NCBI GenBank assembly: GCA_036785375.1
Contig: JAWMAR010000001.1
Location: 744,001-808,000 of the forward strand
DNA length: 64,000 nt
Direction of reading: 5' to 3'
Source of the DNA: Leucoraja ocellata
Taxonomy: Eukaryota
Shown here: positions 11,946-24,400 of the stretch, piece after piece
Position numbering within the stretch: the stretch's first letter is position 1
Layout of the letters: every line of letters starts with the position of its first letter
Translations under genes and position numbers: made by a program
Notes under the pieces: model-generated
Database searches by the model: none
Seen by the model: the letters and a program-made list of their open reading frames with translations, nothing else
Told to the model about the DNA's origin: nothing

Positions 11946-13560
11946 CCATATAACCATATAACCATATAACAATTACAGCACGGAAACAGGCCATCTCGAC
12001 CCTTCTAGCCCGTACCGAACACGTATTCCCCCTAGTCCCCTATACCTGCGCTCAGACCATAACCCTCCATTCCTTTCCCGTCCATATAACTATCCAATTT
12101 ATTTTTAAATGATAAACACGAACCTGCCTCCACCACCTTCACTGGAAGCTCATTCCACACAGCCACAACTTCGGTCCCTTAATTCTCAAGTCATGTCCCC
12201 TTGTTTGAATCTTCCCTACTCTCAGTGGGAAAAGTTTATTCATGTCAACTCTGTCTATCCCTCTCATCATTTTAAAGACCTCTATCAAGTCCCCCCTTAA
12301 CCTTCTGCGCTCCAGAGAATAAAGTCGTAACTTGTTCAACCTTTCTCTGTAACTTAGTTGCTGAAACCCAGGCACCATTCTAGTAAATCTTCTCTGTACT
12401 CTCCCTATTTTGTTGACATCCTTCCTATAATTAGGCGACCAAAATTGTACACCATACTCCAGAATTGGCCTCATCAATGCCTTGTACAATTTTAACATTA
12501 CATCCCAACTTCTATATTCAATGCTCTGATTTATAAAGGCAAGCACACCAAAAACTTTCTTTACCACCCTATCTACATGAGATTCCACTTTCAGGGAACT
12601 GTGCACAGTTATTCCCAGATCCCTCTGTTCACCTGCATTCTTCAATTCCCTACCATTTACCATGTACGTCCTATTTTGATTTGTCCTGCCAAGATGTAGC
12701 ACCTCACACTTATCAGCATTAAACTCCATCTGCCATCTTTCAGCCCACTCTTCCAACTGGCATAAATCTCTCTGTAGGCTTTGAAAATCTACTTCATTAT
12801 CCACAACCCCACCTATCTAAGTATCATCTGCATACTTACTAATCCAATTTACCACACCATCATCCAGATCATTGATGTACATGACAAACAACAGTGGACC
12901 CAACACAGATCCCTGTGGCACCCCACTAGTCACTGCCCTCCAACCTGACAAACAATCATCCACCATTACTCTCTGGCATCTCCCATTCAGCCACTGTTGA
13001 ACCCATCTTGCTACTCCACCATTAATACCCAACAATTGAACCTTCTTAACCAACCTTCCATGAGGAACCTTGTCAAAGGCCTTACTGAAGTCCATATATA
13101 CAACATGCACTGCTTTACCCTCATCAATTTCCCGAGTAACCTCTTCAAAAAATTCAAGAAGATTAGTCAAACATGACCTTCCAGGCACAAATCCATGCTG
13201 ACTGTTCCTAATCAGACCCTGTTTATCTAGATGCTTATATATATTATCTCTAAGTATCCTTTCCATTAATTTGCCCACCACTGACATCAAACTAACAGGT
13301 CTATAATTGCTAGGTTTACTCTTAGACCCCTTTTTAAACAATGGAACCACATGCGCAGTATGCCAATCCTCGGGGACTATTCCCGTTTCTAATGACATTT
13401 GAAATATTTCTGTCATAGCCCCTGCTATTTCTACACTAACTTCCCTCAATGTCCTAGGGAATATCCTGTCCGGACATGGATACTTATCCACTTTTATATT
13501 TCTCAAAAGTGTCAGTACTTCCTCTTCTTTGAATCTCATAGTTTCCATAGCTACTCTACT
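11946..13560 (-). mobile_element. CR1/HER1-type LINE (RT and 3' end), first tandem copy
   Basis: GVPQGSVLGP, YADDT; (TTATATGG)n tail. Confidence 0.9.
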
Positions 13561-16255
13561 TATAACCATATAACCATATAACAATTACAGCACGGAAACA
13601 GGCCATCTCGACCCTTCTAGTCCGTGCCGAACACATAATCTTCCCTAGTCCCATATACCTGCGCTCAGACCATAACCCTCCATTCCCTTCCCATCCATAT
13701 AACTATCCAATTTATTTTTAAATGATAAAAACAAACCTGCCTCCACCACCTTCACTGGAAGCTCATTCCACACAGCTACCACTCTCTGAGTAAAGAAGTT
13801 CCCCCTCATGTTACCCCTAAACTTCAGTCCCTTAATTCTCATGTAATGTCCCCTTGTTTGAAACTTCCCTACTCTCAGTGGGAAAAGCTTTTCCACGTCA
13901 ACTCTGTCTATCCCTCTCATCATTTTAAAAACCTCTATCAAGTCCCCCTTAACCTTCTGCGCTCCAAAGAATAAAGTCGTAACTTGTTCAACCTTTCTCT
14001 GTAACTTAGTTGCTGAAACCCAGGCAACATTCTAGTAAATCTCCTCTGTACTCTCTCTATTTTGTTGACATCCTTCCTATAATTAGGCGACCAAAATTGT
14101 ACACCATACTCCAGAATTGGCCTCACCAATGCCTTGTACAATTTTAACATTACATCCCAACTTCTATACTCAATGCTCTGATTTATAAAGGCCAGCACAC
14201 CAAAAGCTTTCTTTACCACCCTATCTACATGAGATTCCACTTTCAGGGAACTGTGCACAGTTATTCCCAGATCCCTCTGTTCACCTACATTCTTCAATTC
14301 CCTACCATTTACCATGTACGTCCTATTTTGATTTGTCCTGCCAAGATGTAGCACCTCACACTTACCAGCATTAAACTCCATCTGCCATCTTTCAGCCCAC
14401 TCTTCCAACTGGCATAAATCTCTCTGTAGACTTTGAAACTCTACTTCATTACCCGCAACCCCACCTATCTTAGTATCATCTGCATACTTACTAATCCAAT
14501 TTACCACACCATCATCCAGATCATTGATGTACAGGACAAACAACAGTGGACCCAACACAGATCCCTGTGGCACCCCACTCGTCACTGGCCTCCAACCTGA
14601 CAAACAACCATCCACCATTACTCTCTGGCATCTGCCATTCAGCCACTGTTGAATCCATCTTGCTACTCCACCATTAATACCCAACCATTGAACCTTCTTA
14701 ACCAACCTTCCATGAGGAACCTTGTCAAAGGCCTTACTGAAGTCCATATACACAACATCCACTGCATTACCCTCATCAATTTCCCGAGTAACATCTTCAA
14801 AAAATTCAAGAAGATTAGTTAAACATGACCTTCCAGGCACAAATCCATGTTGACTCTTCCTAATCAGACCCTGTTTATCTAGATGCTTATATATATTTTC
14901 TCTAAGTATTCTTTCCATTAATTTGCCCACCACTGACGTCAAACTAACAGGTCTATAATTGCTAGGTTTACTCTTAGAACCCTTTTTAAACAATGGAACA
15001 ACATGCGCAGTACGCAAATCCTCCGGCACTATTCCCGTTTCTAATGACATTTGAAATATTTCTGCCATAGCCCCTGCTATTTCTACACTAACTTCCCTCA
15101 ATGTCCTAGGGAATATCCTGTCCGGACCTGGAGACTTATCCACTTTTATATTTCTCAAAAGTGTCAGTACTTCCTCTTCTTTGATCCTCATAGTTCCCAT
15201 AGCTACTCTACTTGTTTCCCTTACCTCACATAATTCAATATCCTTCTCCTTGGTGAATACTGAAGAAAAGAAACTGTTCAATATCTCCCCCATCTCTTTT
15301 GGCTCTGCAGATAGTTGTCCGCTCTGACTCTCTAATGGACCAATTTTATCCCTCGTTATCCTTTTGCTATTAATATAGCGGTAGAAACCCTTCGGATTTA
15401 CTTTTACCTTACTTGCCAAAGCAACCTCATATCTTCTTTTAGCTTTTCTAATTTCTTTCTTAAGATTCTGATTTCTTTCTTAAGATTCTCTTGTTTCCCT
15501 TACCTCACATAATTTAATATCCTTCTCCTTGGTGAATACCGAAGAAAAGAAATTGTTCAATATCTCCCCCATCTCTTTTGGCTCTGCAGATAGCTGTCCA
15601 CTCTGACTCTCTAATGGACCAATTTTATCCCTCGTTATCCTTTTGTTATTAATATAGCTGTAGAAACCCTTTGGATTTACTTTCACCTTACTTGCCAAAG
15701 CAACCTCATATCTTCTTTTAGCTTTTCTAATTTCTTTCTTAAGATTCTTTTTACATTATTTATACTCCTCAAGCACCTCGTTTAGTCCATGCTGCCTATA
15801 ATTATTGTAGATCTCTCTCTTTTTCCAAACCAAGTGTCCAATTTCCCTTGAAAACCATGGCTCTTTACAATTTTTACTATTTCCTTTCAACCGAACAGGG
15901 ACATAAAGATTCTGTACTCTTAAAATTTCACCTTTAAATGTCCTCCATTTCTCTTCCACATCTTTTCCATAAAACAAACTGTCCCAATTTACTCCTTTTA
16001 AATCCTTTCGCATCTCCTCAAAGTTAGCCTTTCTCCAATCTAAAATCTCAACCCTAGGTCCAGTTCTGACCCTCTCCATAATTATATTGAAACTAATGGT
16101 ATTGTGATCACTGGTCCCGAACTGTTCCCCAACGCATACCTCTGCCACCTGACCCGTCTCATTTCCTAACAGGAGGTCCAGCACCGCCCCTTCTCTAGTA
16201 GGTACTTCTATGTAATGCTGCAAAAAACTATCCTGCACACATTTTACAAACTCCA
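13561..16255 (-). mobile_element. CR1/HER1-type LINE, longer copy with a 493-aa RT ORF and an internal duplication
   Basis: ORF 13938-15419 (YADD); endonuclease C-terminal LDLLL...SDH in ORF 15756-16310; same tail as the first copy. Confidence 0.92.
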
Positions 16256-16979
16256 CCCTTTGTGTAAAAAGTTTACCCCTCAAATTACTATTAAATGTTT
16301 TCCCCTTCACCTTAAGGCAAGTCTATGTCCTCTGGTCCGCGATACTCTGGGCAAGAGACTCTGTACATGTACCCGATCTATTCCTCTCGTGATCTTAAAC
16401 ACCTCTCTAAGATCACCTCTCATCCTCCTGCGCTGCAAGGAATAGAGTCCCAACATACTAAACCTCTCCCTATAGCTCACACCCTCTAGTCCTAGCAACA
16501 TTCTCGTAAATCTTCTCCGTACCATTTCCAGCTTGACATGTTTTTTCCTATAACACGGTGCCCATAACTGAATACTTTAAAATCGGCCTCACCAACATCT
16601 TATACCACTGTACCACGACTTCCCAATTTCCATACTCAATACTCTGGCTGATGAAGGTCAATGAAGGCTATTGTGCCAAAAGCCCTTTATACCACTTTAT
16701 CTACCTGCGACTCCACCTTCAAGGAACTATGCACCTGCACTCCTAGATACCTCTGCTCTACAACACTACCCCGAGCCCTACCATTTACTGCGTGGGTCCT
16801 GTCCATGTTAGACTTTCCAAAATTCAACATCTCACATTTCACTGCATCACATTCCATCAACCATTCCTCTGCCCACCTGGCCTATTGATCAAGATCATGC
16901 TGCTATTTTTCACAACCATCTTCACTATCCGTAAAAGCAACCACTTTTGTATCATCAGCAAACTTGCTAATCTTGCCAC

Positions 16980-17110
16980 AACTCTCCGAATTGTGTATTG
17001 TTGCTGTATATGTTGTTTTTGTTTCATGCTTGTTTCAATTGTATGGTGTCATGCATGTTTTAATTGTAAGGTGTCCTTGAGAGACCTTAAAGGCGCCCTA
17101 TAAATAAAAT

Positions 17111-17177
<67 letters not shown>
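16980..17177 (+). mobile_element. LINE (L2-like) 3' end with (ATT)n tail
   Basis: gtccttgagagaccttaaaggcgccctataaataaaatg followed by about 22 ATT units (17112-17177). Confidence 0.6.
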
Positions 17178-17523
17178 GTATGTCCTCATCCAAATCATTG
17201 ATGACAAACAATAACGGGACCAGCAGCAAACCCTGTGGCACACCACTAGTCACAGGCCTCCAGTCCGAGAAACAACCTTCCACCACCACCTCTGATTCTT
17301 TTCCTGAAGCCAATTTTCTATTCATTCAGCTATCTCTCCCTGGATCCCATGCAATCTAACCTTCCAGAGCAGCCTGCCATGCGGAACCTTGTCGAATGGT
17401 TTGCTGAAGTCCATATATACAACATCTACAGCTCTGCCCTCATCGACCTTTTTGGTCACGTCTTCAAAAAACTCAATCAGATTTGTGAGACATGATCCCC
17501 CACGTACAAAACCATGCCGATTA

Positions 17524-18279
17524 AGGGCCTGTCCCACTGACGCGACCTTTCAGGAACTGTCTTTGACCTCCAATCTCAACGGCACTCGCCTGAAAAACCT
17601 CGAGCTGGATCGACCGTCAGCGATGAAACCGCGAACTGGATTGACCGACCGCGCACACACACATGCACAAAACACATCGCAAAGGCGGGGGCCAGGGAAA
17701 GTGGGGGATCGCTGTCTGAAATTCACATCTGCGATGAACAGAAAGGTAAAAGACGGCTGCACAGTGTATGGTAAGTCCTTTAGAGAGTGCGGGGGGGGGG
17801 GGGGGGGGGGGCAAGAGAAGGGGAGAGAGGGGGAGAGAAGGGGAGAGAAGGGGAGAGAGGGGGGGAGAAGGGGGAGAGATGGAGTGGAGACACTTTTAAG
17901 AAGCCAGACAACTTTTTAATAAAGTTTAGCAGGCATTTAACATTACCGGTCAGTTTTCCTTGGTCCCGAAAACTCCAATGAGCCAATTGTCAGTGAAGGA
18001 GATTGCCTACGGCTGCCCTCGACTGCCTGTAACTACATAGCGACCCCACTCCACTGCACTACGAGTTCAAAAGAACCATGCTGACCAATTTTTACTCGCG
18101 GGAAATCTTTCAACATGGTGAAAAATGTTCCTCTACCAAACTGCGGCCGCGTGCAATCGGGAACTTTCCTCGAGCATGAAGGAAAGTTCCAGTGACCTCA
18201 TAGGACCAGGTGTCGACCATGCTGCATGCGCAAATTCTTCTAAACTCGCAGATTAGGTCGCCGCAGTGGAACAGCCCCT
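17524..18279. mobile_element. PIF/Harbinger-like MITE
   Basis: TIR AGGGCCTGTCCCACT / AGTGGAACAGCCCCT, TTA TSD; splits the CR1 RT. Confidence 0.8.
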
Positions 18280-18772
18280 TTACCCCTAATCAGCCCTTGT
18301 TCGACTAAATATCCTATCCCTCAGAATACTCCCTGGTAACTTTCCAACTACAGATGTTAAGTTCACTGGCCTATAGTTTCCAGCATTTTCCCTGCAGCCC
18401 TTCTTGAATAGAGGCACAACATTTACCACCCTCCAGTCTTCCGGCACCTCTCCCGTATTTAAAGATGACTCATAAATTTCAACCAGGGCTCCCGCAATTT
18501 CCTCTCTGGTTTCCCACAATATCCTCAGATATATCAAATGCATGAATTGTTGTAAAATAATTGTATTTAGATCAACAATATATTAGACAATAATATACAG
18601 AAATGAACAGAATTTTACAAACTAGAATCTCCTAGTTATGTACAGTCAGGAGCTCCAGGCCCCTGTCCTTGTATATAGGCAAGTACAGTACAGGTGACAG
18701 TGTCTTGTTTATTCTGAATGCAGTCTTCTAATGTTCACACTGAGTTCAGATGCTCAGGAGTTTCATTCATGG

Positions 18773-18966
18773 TTAGTATCTCCCACTTGAGTCCTCATTC
18801 TGTTCCTGGAATGGACACAACCAAAATAATTGTATTTTTGTTGTGGACTGAGCTTACTCTTAAGTTTAAATCATTGGTTTTAATGATGATGACATAACTC
18901 AAAGCCTCCGTTTACACTTACTTTTGAAGACTCCTCCAGAGATAATTCTGTTGACTTGCTTTTAAT
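18773..18966 (-). other. Duplicated last-two-exon cassette (IKSKSTELSLEESSK | EQNEDSSGRY*): alternative 3' end of copy B or remnant of a further copy
   Basis: Exons 18966-18922 (45 nt) and 18805-18773 with intact AG/GTAAGT and TAA; homologous 3'UTR to about 18545; AATAAA at 18708-18713. Confidence 0.75.
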
Positions 18967-21431
18967 CTGTTTGACGACAGATATTTACAGTTTTAGGTTT
19001 GTCTCTAAACACAAAGTTTAAATAGATTGAATTTGTAACTGGGTAAAGGAATCACTTTAAAATTTAGATTTGCAAATCACTGATAAATGCAGATTAGACA
19101 TATCACAATCTGAAGTGGAGCCAAATATTGATATGTCTCTGAGATCAATTCTATAGCAATTACAAAATTTTGAGATTTTAAAAATCAAGTCTTTAATTTA
19201 TCCCATCAGATAAAGCATAAAAAGAAGTTTAATTTGACACCTAATTCACTTTCATATCTTCAGTATTAAAAAGGTTATGGCCATTTTCATACTCGGAAAT
19301 TAGCATCTTGTTCCCTATTGCTTTTTCATTGACTTAACACAAAAGCTGTGATCGAGAACATTTAAAAGCCGATAACTTTCTTAAAATTTAAGAGAACAGA
19401 AATAAATGTTCAGTTATTATAGATTGAAGCATTCTGAAACAAATATGAAACAATCCTACTTGGATGACTTGAAATTAAAGCATATAATTAGTTAATTACC
19501 TAATTGTAGCTAATTACAAAATTCTATTACTAGATCTAAACATCTATCCATTTCTTAAGAATAGATTAACATTTTTAAATAGCCTAAGTGTCCAAATAAC
19601 ATTCACACAATAATTCAGAATATAACATAATTTTTAAATCTATTTGTCATGGGTTTATAGGTCAAATGGAAGGAATTTAATGTTTAATACCTGTAAATTA
19701 ATGGCCATTTAAATCAGCTTGCGAGTGGGATTTTCTGGAACGTGACCATTTAGAACGTTCAGGCAGCGGTGAATTTATACCCCCATATCTGCAGCAAATA
19801 CACTGCCGGTTCTTCGGGGGGGGGGGGGGGGGGGAAGTCACCTTGTTCACAACTTAAAATGTGAATTAAATACATCTTAAGAAACACTTTTATACATAAA
19901 AATAAACTACTTTCTTTTACGTGGTCCTCCAAAAAATCCGTCCCAGTTGTCGGCTTTGATGGCTTCAATTGACCATCAATCTACACATAAGGATCTACAC
20001 ACATAACTTAGACACATTTTCAGATATTACTTGGTTTTCTTATTCTTCTGAACATTTTCCTGCAGTTTCCTTTGAATATATTTCTGGAGGGCAATAAGAT
20101 GGGACCGTATAATAAGATGCTGACTGCGGATATTGCAATGACATGAGTTTGTGAGTGCTGTGAATGTACGACTGACTGTGTTAGAAGTTGCTACCACCCG
20201 GATACCAATCATCCTGTTGACATTCATTGACAATCATAACTTGCATCCTCAATGGAAACTATTGAAATAGGTTAAGTTGCAGTTTCTGATGAAATGATTT
20301 CCCCAGAAGAATTCAAAAGTTTATTTTGTGTGTTTCCTCTGGTTAATTCCATTGACAGACAGGATGAAAACTTGAGCTTGAACTGTCCCTGTGAATTGTT
20401 CGGAGTCCATGGTCTATGGCAAAGTTGCACAACTGTGGAGCCACTGCCTCACAACACCAGAGAATTGGGTTCAATAGTGACCTCAGGTGTTCTCTGTGTG
20501 GAAATTTCACATTCTCCCTGTATCTGCGAGGGTTCCTTCTGGGTGCTCCAGCTTTGCCCTACACCACATCTTCACATCTCAGAAACTCTCATTCTTTCAA
20601 AGGGTAATAGTTGGAGATTTAAAAAAATAAAAAGCAAATGTTGGAAACCAAATAATTTGGCCTTAACTCTGTGCCTGAAATTATTATTTTTTATTTAGTT
20701 TAGAGATACAGTGTGAAAACAGGGCCCCTCAGCCCACCGAATCCGCACCGACTATCAGTCACCCATATGCTAGTCTATCCTAAACATAAGGGTCAATTTA
20801 AAGAAGTCAATTAACGTATAAACCTGCAAGTCTTTGGGATGTGGGAGGAAATCAGGGCACCCAGAGAAAACCCACGTGGTCGCAGGGAGAATACACAAAC
20901 TCCATACAGACAGCACCCATAATCAGGATTGAAATCAGGGTTCTGCCACTGCAAGGCACTAACTCTCCCACTGTGCCGCCCTTAATGCAGATCATCGAAG
21001 AGTCCAACACATCAGGAGTTCCCACCGTACAAGCGAGCAGCACAGTTAGTGAGGGACAGTTTGGCTTGAGCACAATCCTCTAGATCACTAGAAACAGGAA
21101 ATTGCAGATGCTGGTTTACAAAATAAGACAAAAAGTGCTCGAGTAACCTAAAGGATCAAGTATTTCCTATAGATCAGTGACACACAATATAAATTCTGGA
21201 AGCAAAACGGTGAATATTTCATAATAATTTTATTTAGGTCCACAATGTATTACACAATAATATACAGAAATGAACATAACATTTACAAACAGTAGAATCT
21301 CCCAGTTATAGTGATATGTACAATCAGGAGCTCCAGGCTCCTGTCCTTGTTTAAGAGCAAGTATAGTACAGGTGACAGTGTCTTGTTTATTCTGAATGAG
21401 GTCTTCAGGTTCTCAGGAGTTTCATTCATGG

Positions 21432-21464
21432 TTAGTGTCTCCCTCTTGAGTCCTCATTCTGTTC
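21432..21464 (-). CDS. Copy B terminal coding exon EQNEDSRGRH*
   Basis: Same coding sequence as the copy A terminal exon; AATAAA at 21229-21234. Confidence 0.8.
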   Translation of the reverse strand, partial: EQNEDSRGRH

Positions 21465-24400
21465 CTGTAATGGACACAATAAATAGAATTGTCATTTTAT
21501 GTTGGGCTGAGCTCACTCAGACTTCAATTTTTTTTAGCATTGATTTTAATGATGATGACTCAGTTTACACTTACGTTTGAAGGCTCCTCCAGAGATAATT
21601 CTGTTGACTTGCTTTTCATCTGTTTGACAAGATAAATAATTACAATTTTATAATCATCTCCAAATCCAAAGTTTAAAAAGTGTTAGTTTGTTACTGGATA
21701 AATGGAACTACTTTAAAACTCAGAATTGCAAGTCACGGGGAAATGCAGAGTAAACACTTCACAATCTGGTCAGCAACATATTGATATGCTTGGGGCTCAG
21801 ATAACTTTTTAACCTAACCGATGTGAATTATTCAATCAATTGATCTCAACTGCGCTGATCTCCTTCTGCACCCCATTTACCCAATCCCAGAACAGATTTT
21901 TTATACTCTGTTAAATGATGATAATGTCTGGGATGTTCCCCTCATTAATCAACCATAATATCAGTTCACACATCAGCAATATCCTCAGGGAGGGTGAAGT
22001 TTCTAATTCAAGTTCTAAATTACATAAAGACCAAACTCACACTCAGGATAGAGTTGGCAATCGTTATGCATTGAATAGAGAATATCCAATAGCTAGTTAT
22101 CTCCCCAATCTCTCTCTGGGTGGCCATTTAATAAGGTTTAGCTAAACTGGGCTTCATTATCTTAACAACAGATAAGAATTCCATGATTAAACTTACATTG
22201 GAACTTTCATTGGAATACTCCTCAATTGATGTCTCTTTTGACTTGTATTTTACCTGTGTGAAAATATGAATATTTATATGCTCAGTATTCAATAATGGTT
22301 AATGAAGCCTGTCTAACATGAGCAGTGGGGTCAGTGGAGCCAACTCAACAATCTCCCCTCAGCTCAACTTCCGCACAGGAATCAAACATCAGAATCCATT
22401 TCTCAATCATTGAGCTACAATAAATGGCAGTCTCTCTTTCCATATTCTAACATAGTCAAACCCAAGATATTAAACGTTTTTATGGAGTCAAAATCATCAA
22501 AATCATCTGAAAATTGTTCTATTTCTACTCACCTGATCTGAATGCTCGTGCGATGTCTCTGTTGATTTGGTGTTATCCTGTTTGGAAATAAAAATTTCCA
22601 TGTTTAGTACAGGACACTTATTAGTAATTTTGAAAATAGATGATTTCCCATCAGATTCCTGAACCAATCACATTTTTCGCAGCTCCTGCCTGGAGGTCCT
22701 GCCATATGCTTTTATTCTTACCTCTGCCTCATTCTGTTATTCCTTTGTTGTACTTTAATTGCACTACTTCAGATTCAATTGCACTACCTCAGATTCAGCT
22801 CATTGTTGCATTTATAATTTCTGAATATATACCCTTTAATTTCTACGCTTCATGTTAACACGGAATTTCATTGCACCCTGGTGTACATGAGGAAAAACTA
22901 ATTGAAAAATTAGGAGCATGCACAAGTATTAAATATTAAATTATAATGGAGTCATTGTTGACTGGATATTTCAGTTGTGATTTAGAGCAAGTGGAGCAGG
23001 GGATTTTGAAGACAAATGTTATATTGTCTTTGTTACAAGAGGACCTTGAAAAAGTACAACAATGTTATTCAGCCTTGGTGAGTGTTGTGTAGAGTTTTTG
23101 TTTCCTTACCTAAGGAAAGATATACTTGATCTAGAGTCTGCAGAACAGGTTCACTCTGCTAATTCCTGGGATAGTTCATCTGCTATATGTGGAGTGACTG
23201 AGTAGGCTGACGTGTCTATTCTTTACAGGTCGGAAGAATGGTCGGTGATTGCTTCACAATTAACATAATAATGAGAGTGTGTGGCAGGAGAGAGAGGGAG
23301 GATGTTTCCCCTTTATAATGAGTCAATAATTAGGGTCACAGTCTCAACTGATAGGGTTGAGATGAGGAGGAACCTCTTCACTGGGAGGTGGACCTTTCGA
23401 ACTCCACTGCAGAGAGCTGTGGAGGCTCAGTCACAGAGTTCAGAGAACGGAAATGGATAGATTTCTAGTTGTATGAGAAATCAAGGATTACAGTATCAGT
23501 TCAGTAAAGAGGTGTTGAGGTGGAAAATAATATTCCAAGTGCTCAGAGTATCCTCTTTCCCACTGTCTGAAACAGAAATATTATGAAGTAAAATCCTTCC
23601 ACTCTGTTCTGACAGATCAGTAGAGGTTTTACATCATATTGCACTTGAGAATGTGGAGGTAACAATTCCCAAATTAAACTTACATTTGAAGAATCTTCCA
23701 GTGATATTTCGTCTGACTTGCTTTTTACCTGTAGGAAACATTAACATTTACAAAATTAATATAGGTTGTACTAGGTAAGTAACAAGCATTAATAGATACC
23801 CTCCCAAAGGCAGACTGGAATAATGAATTATAAATGAAGGACTGTTAATTCTATATTCCTGACACACTAAACCTGAAGAGTGCCTTCAGTAACAGACTGG
23901 TTCCACCAAGATGCAGTACAGAACACAACAGGAGATCATTCTTCCCTGTGGCTATCAAATGGTACAACTCCTCCACCTTGTGTCATGGGGTAGACTGACT
24001 CCCCTTCTCTCCCACCCTCCCCAAATATTTGCAAATCCCCAATCCTTTCCACTCATCACTTTAATTTCATGTTTCATGTATCTTGTGTTTTATGACGGTT
24101 GGCAGATCAATTTCCCTCCTGGGATAAATAAAGTTCTCGTGTATCGTATTGTATCGTATTGTATCTGAGCACTGAATCAATGCTATTGTGTTGGACTGAG
24201 GAAACTCAACTAAAAGTGTCACTCTCCAAAGTGCACCAATAATTAAATAAGTGCCTGGTAAAGTGGGTCTGGAGTGTCAATTGATATGAAAGTAGAGACA
24301 TCAATTGCTGTCTGTTTTAATGAACTGCTGGTTTCCCTCCAGGAAGGATTTGTACTCATTGACTATTATTGGTATGCGCCTGGAAGACACTGCTTTTGTA

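Larger units (their letters stand above)
16256..18538 (-). mobile_element. Older CR1-type LINE interrupted by an L2-like 3' end and a MITE
   Basis: RT fragments 16307-16525, 17180-17520, 18286-18543. Confidence 0.8.

Noticed and set aside
17049-17325. Poly-Ile and poly-Asn ORFs
   Set aside because: Translations of the (ATT)n retroposon tail.
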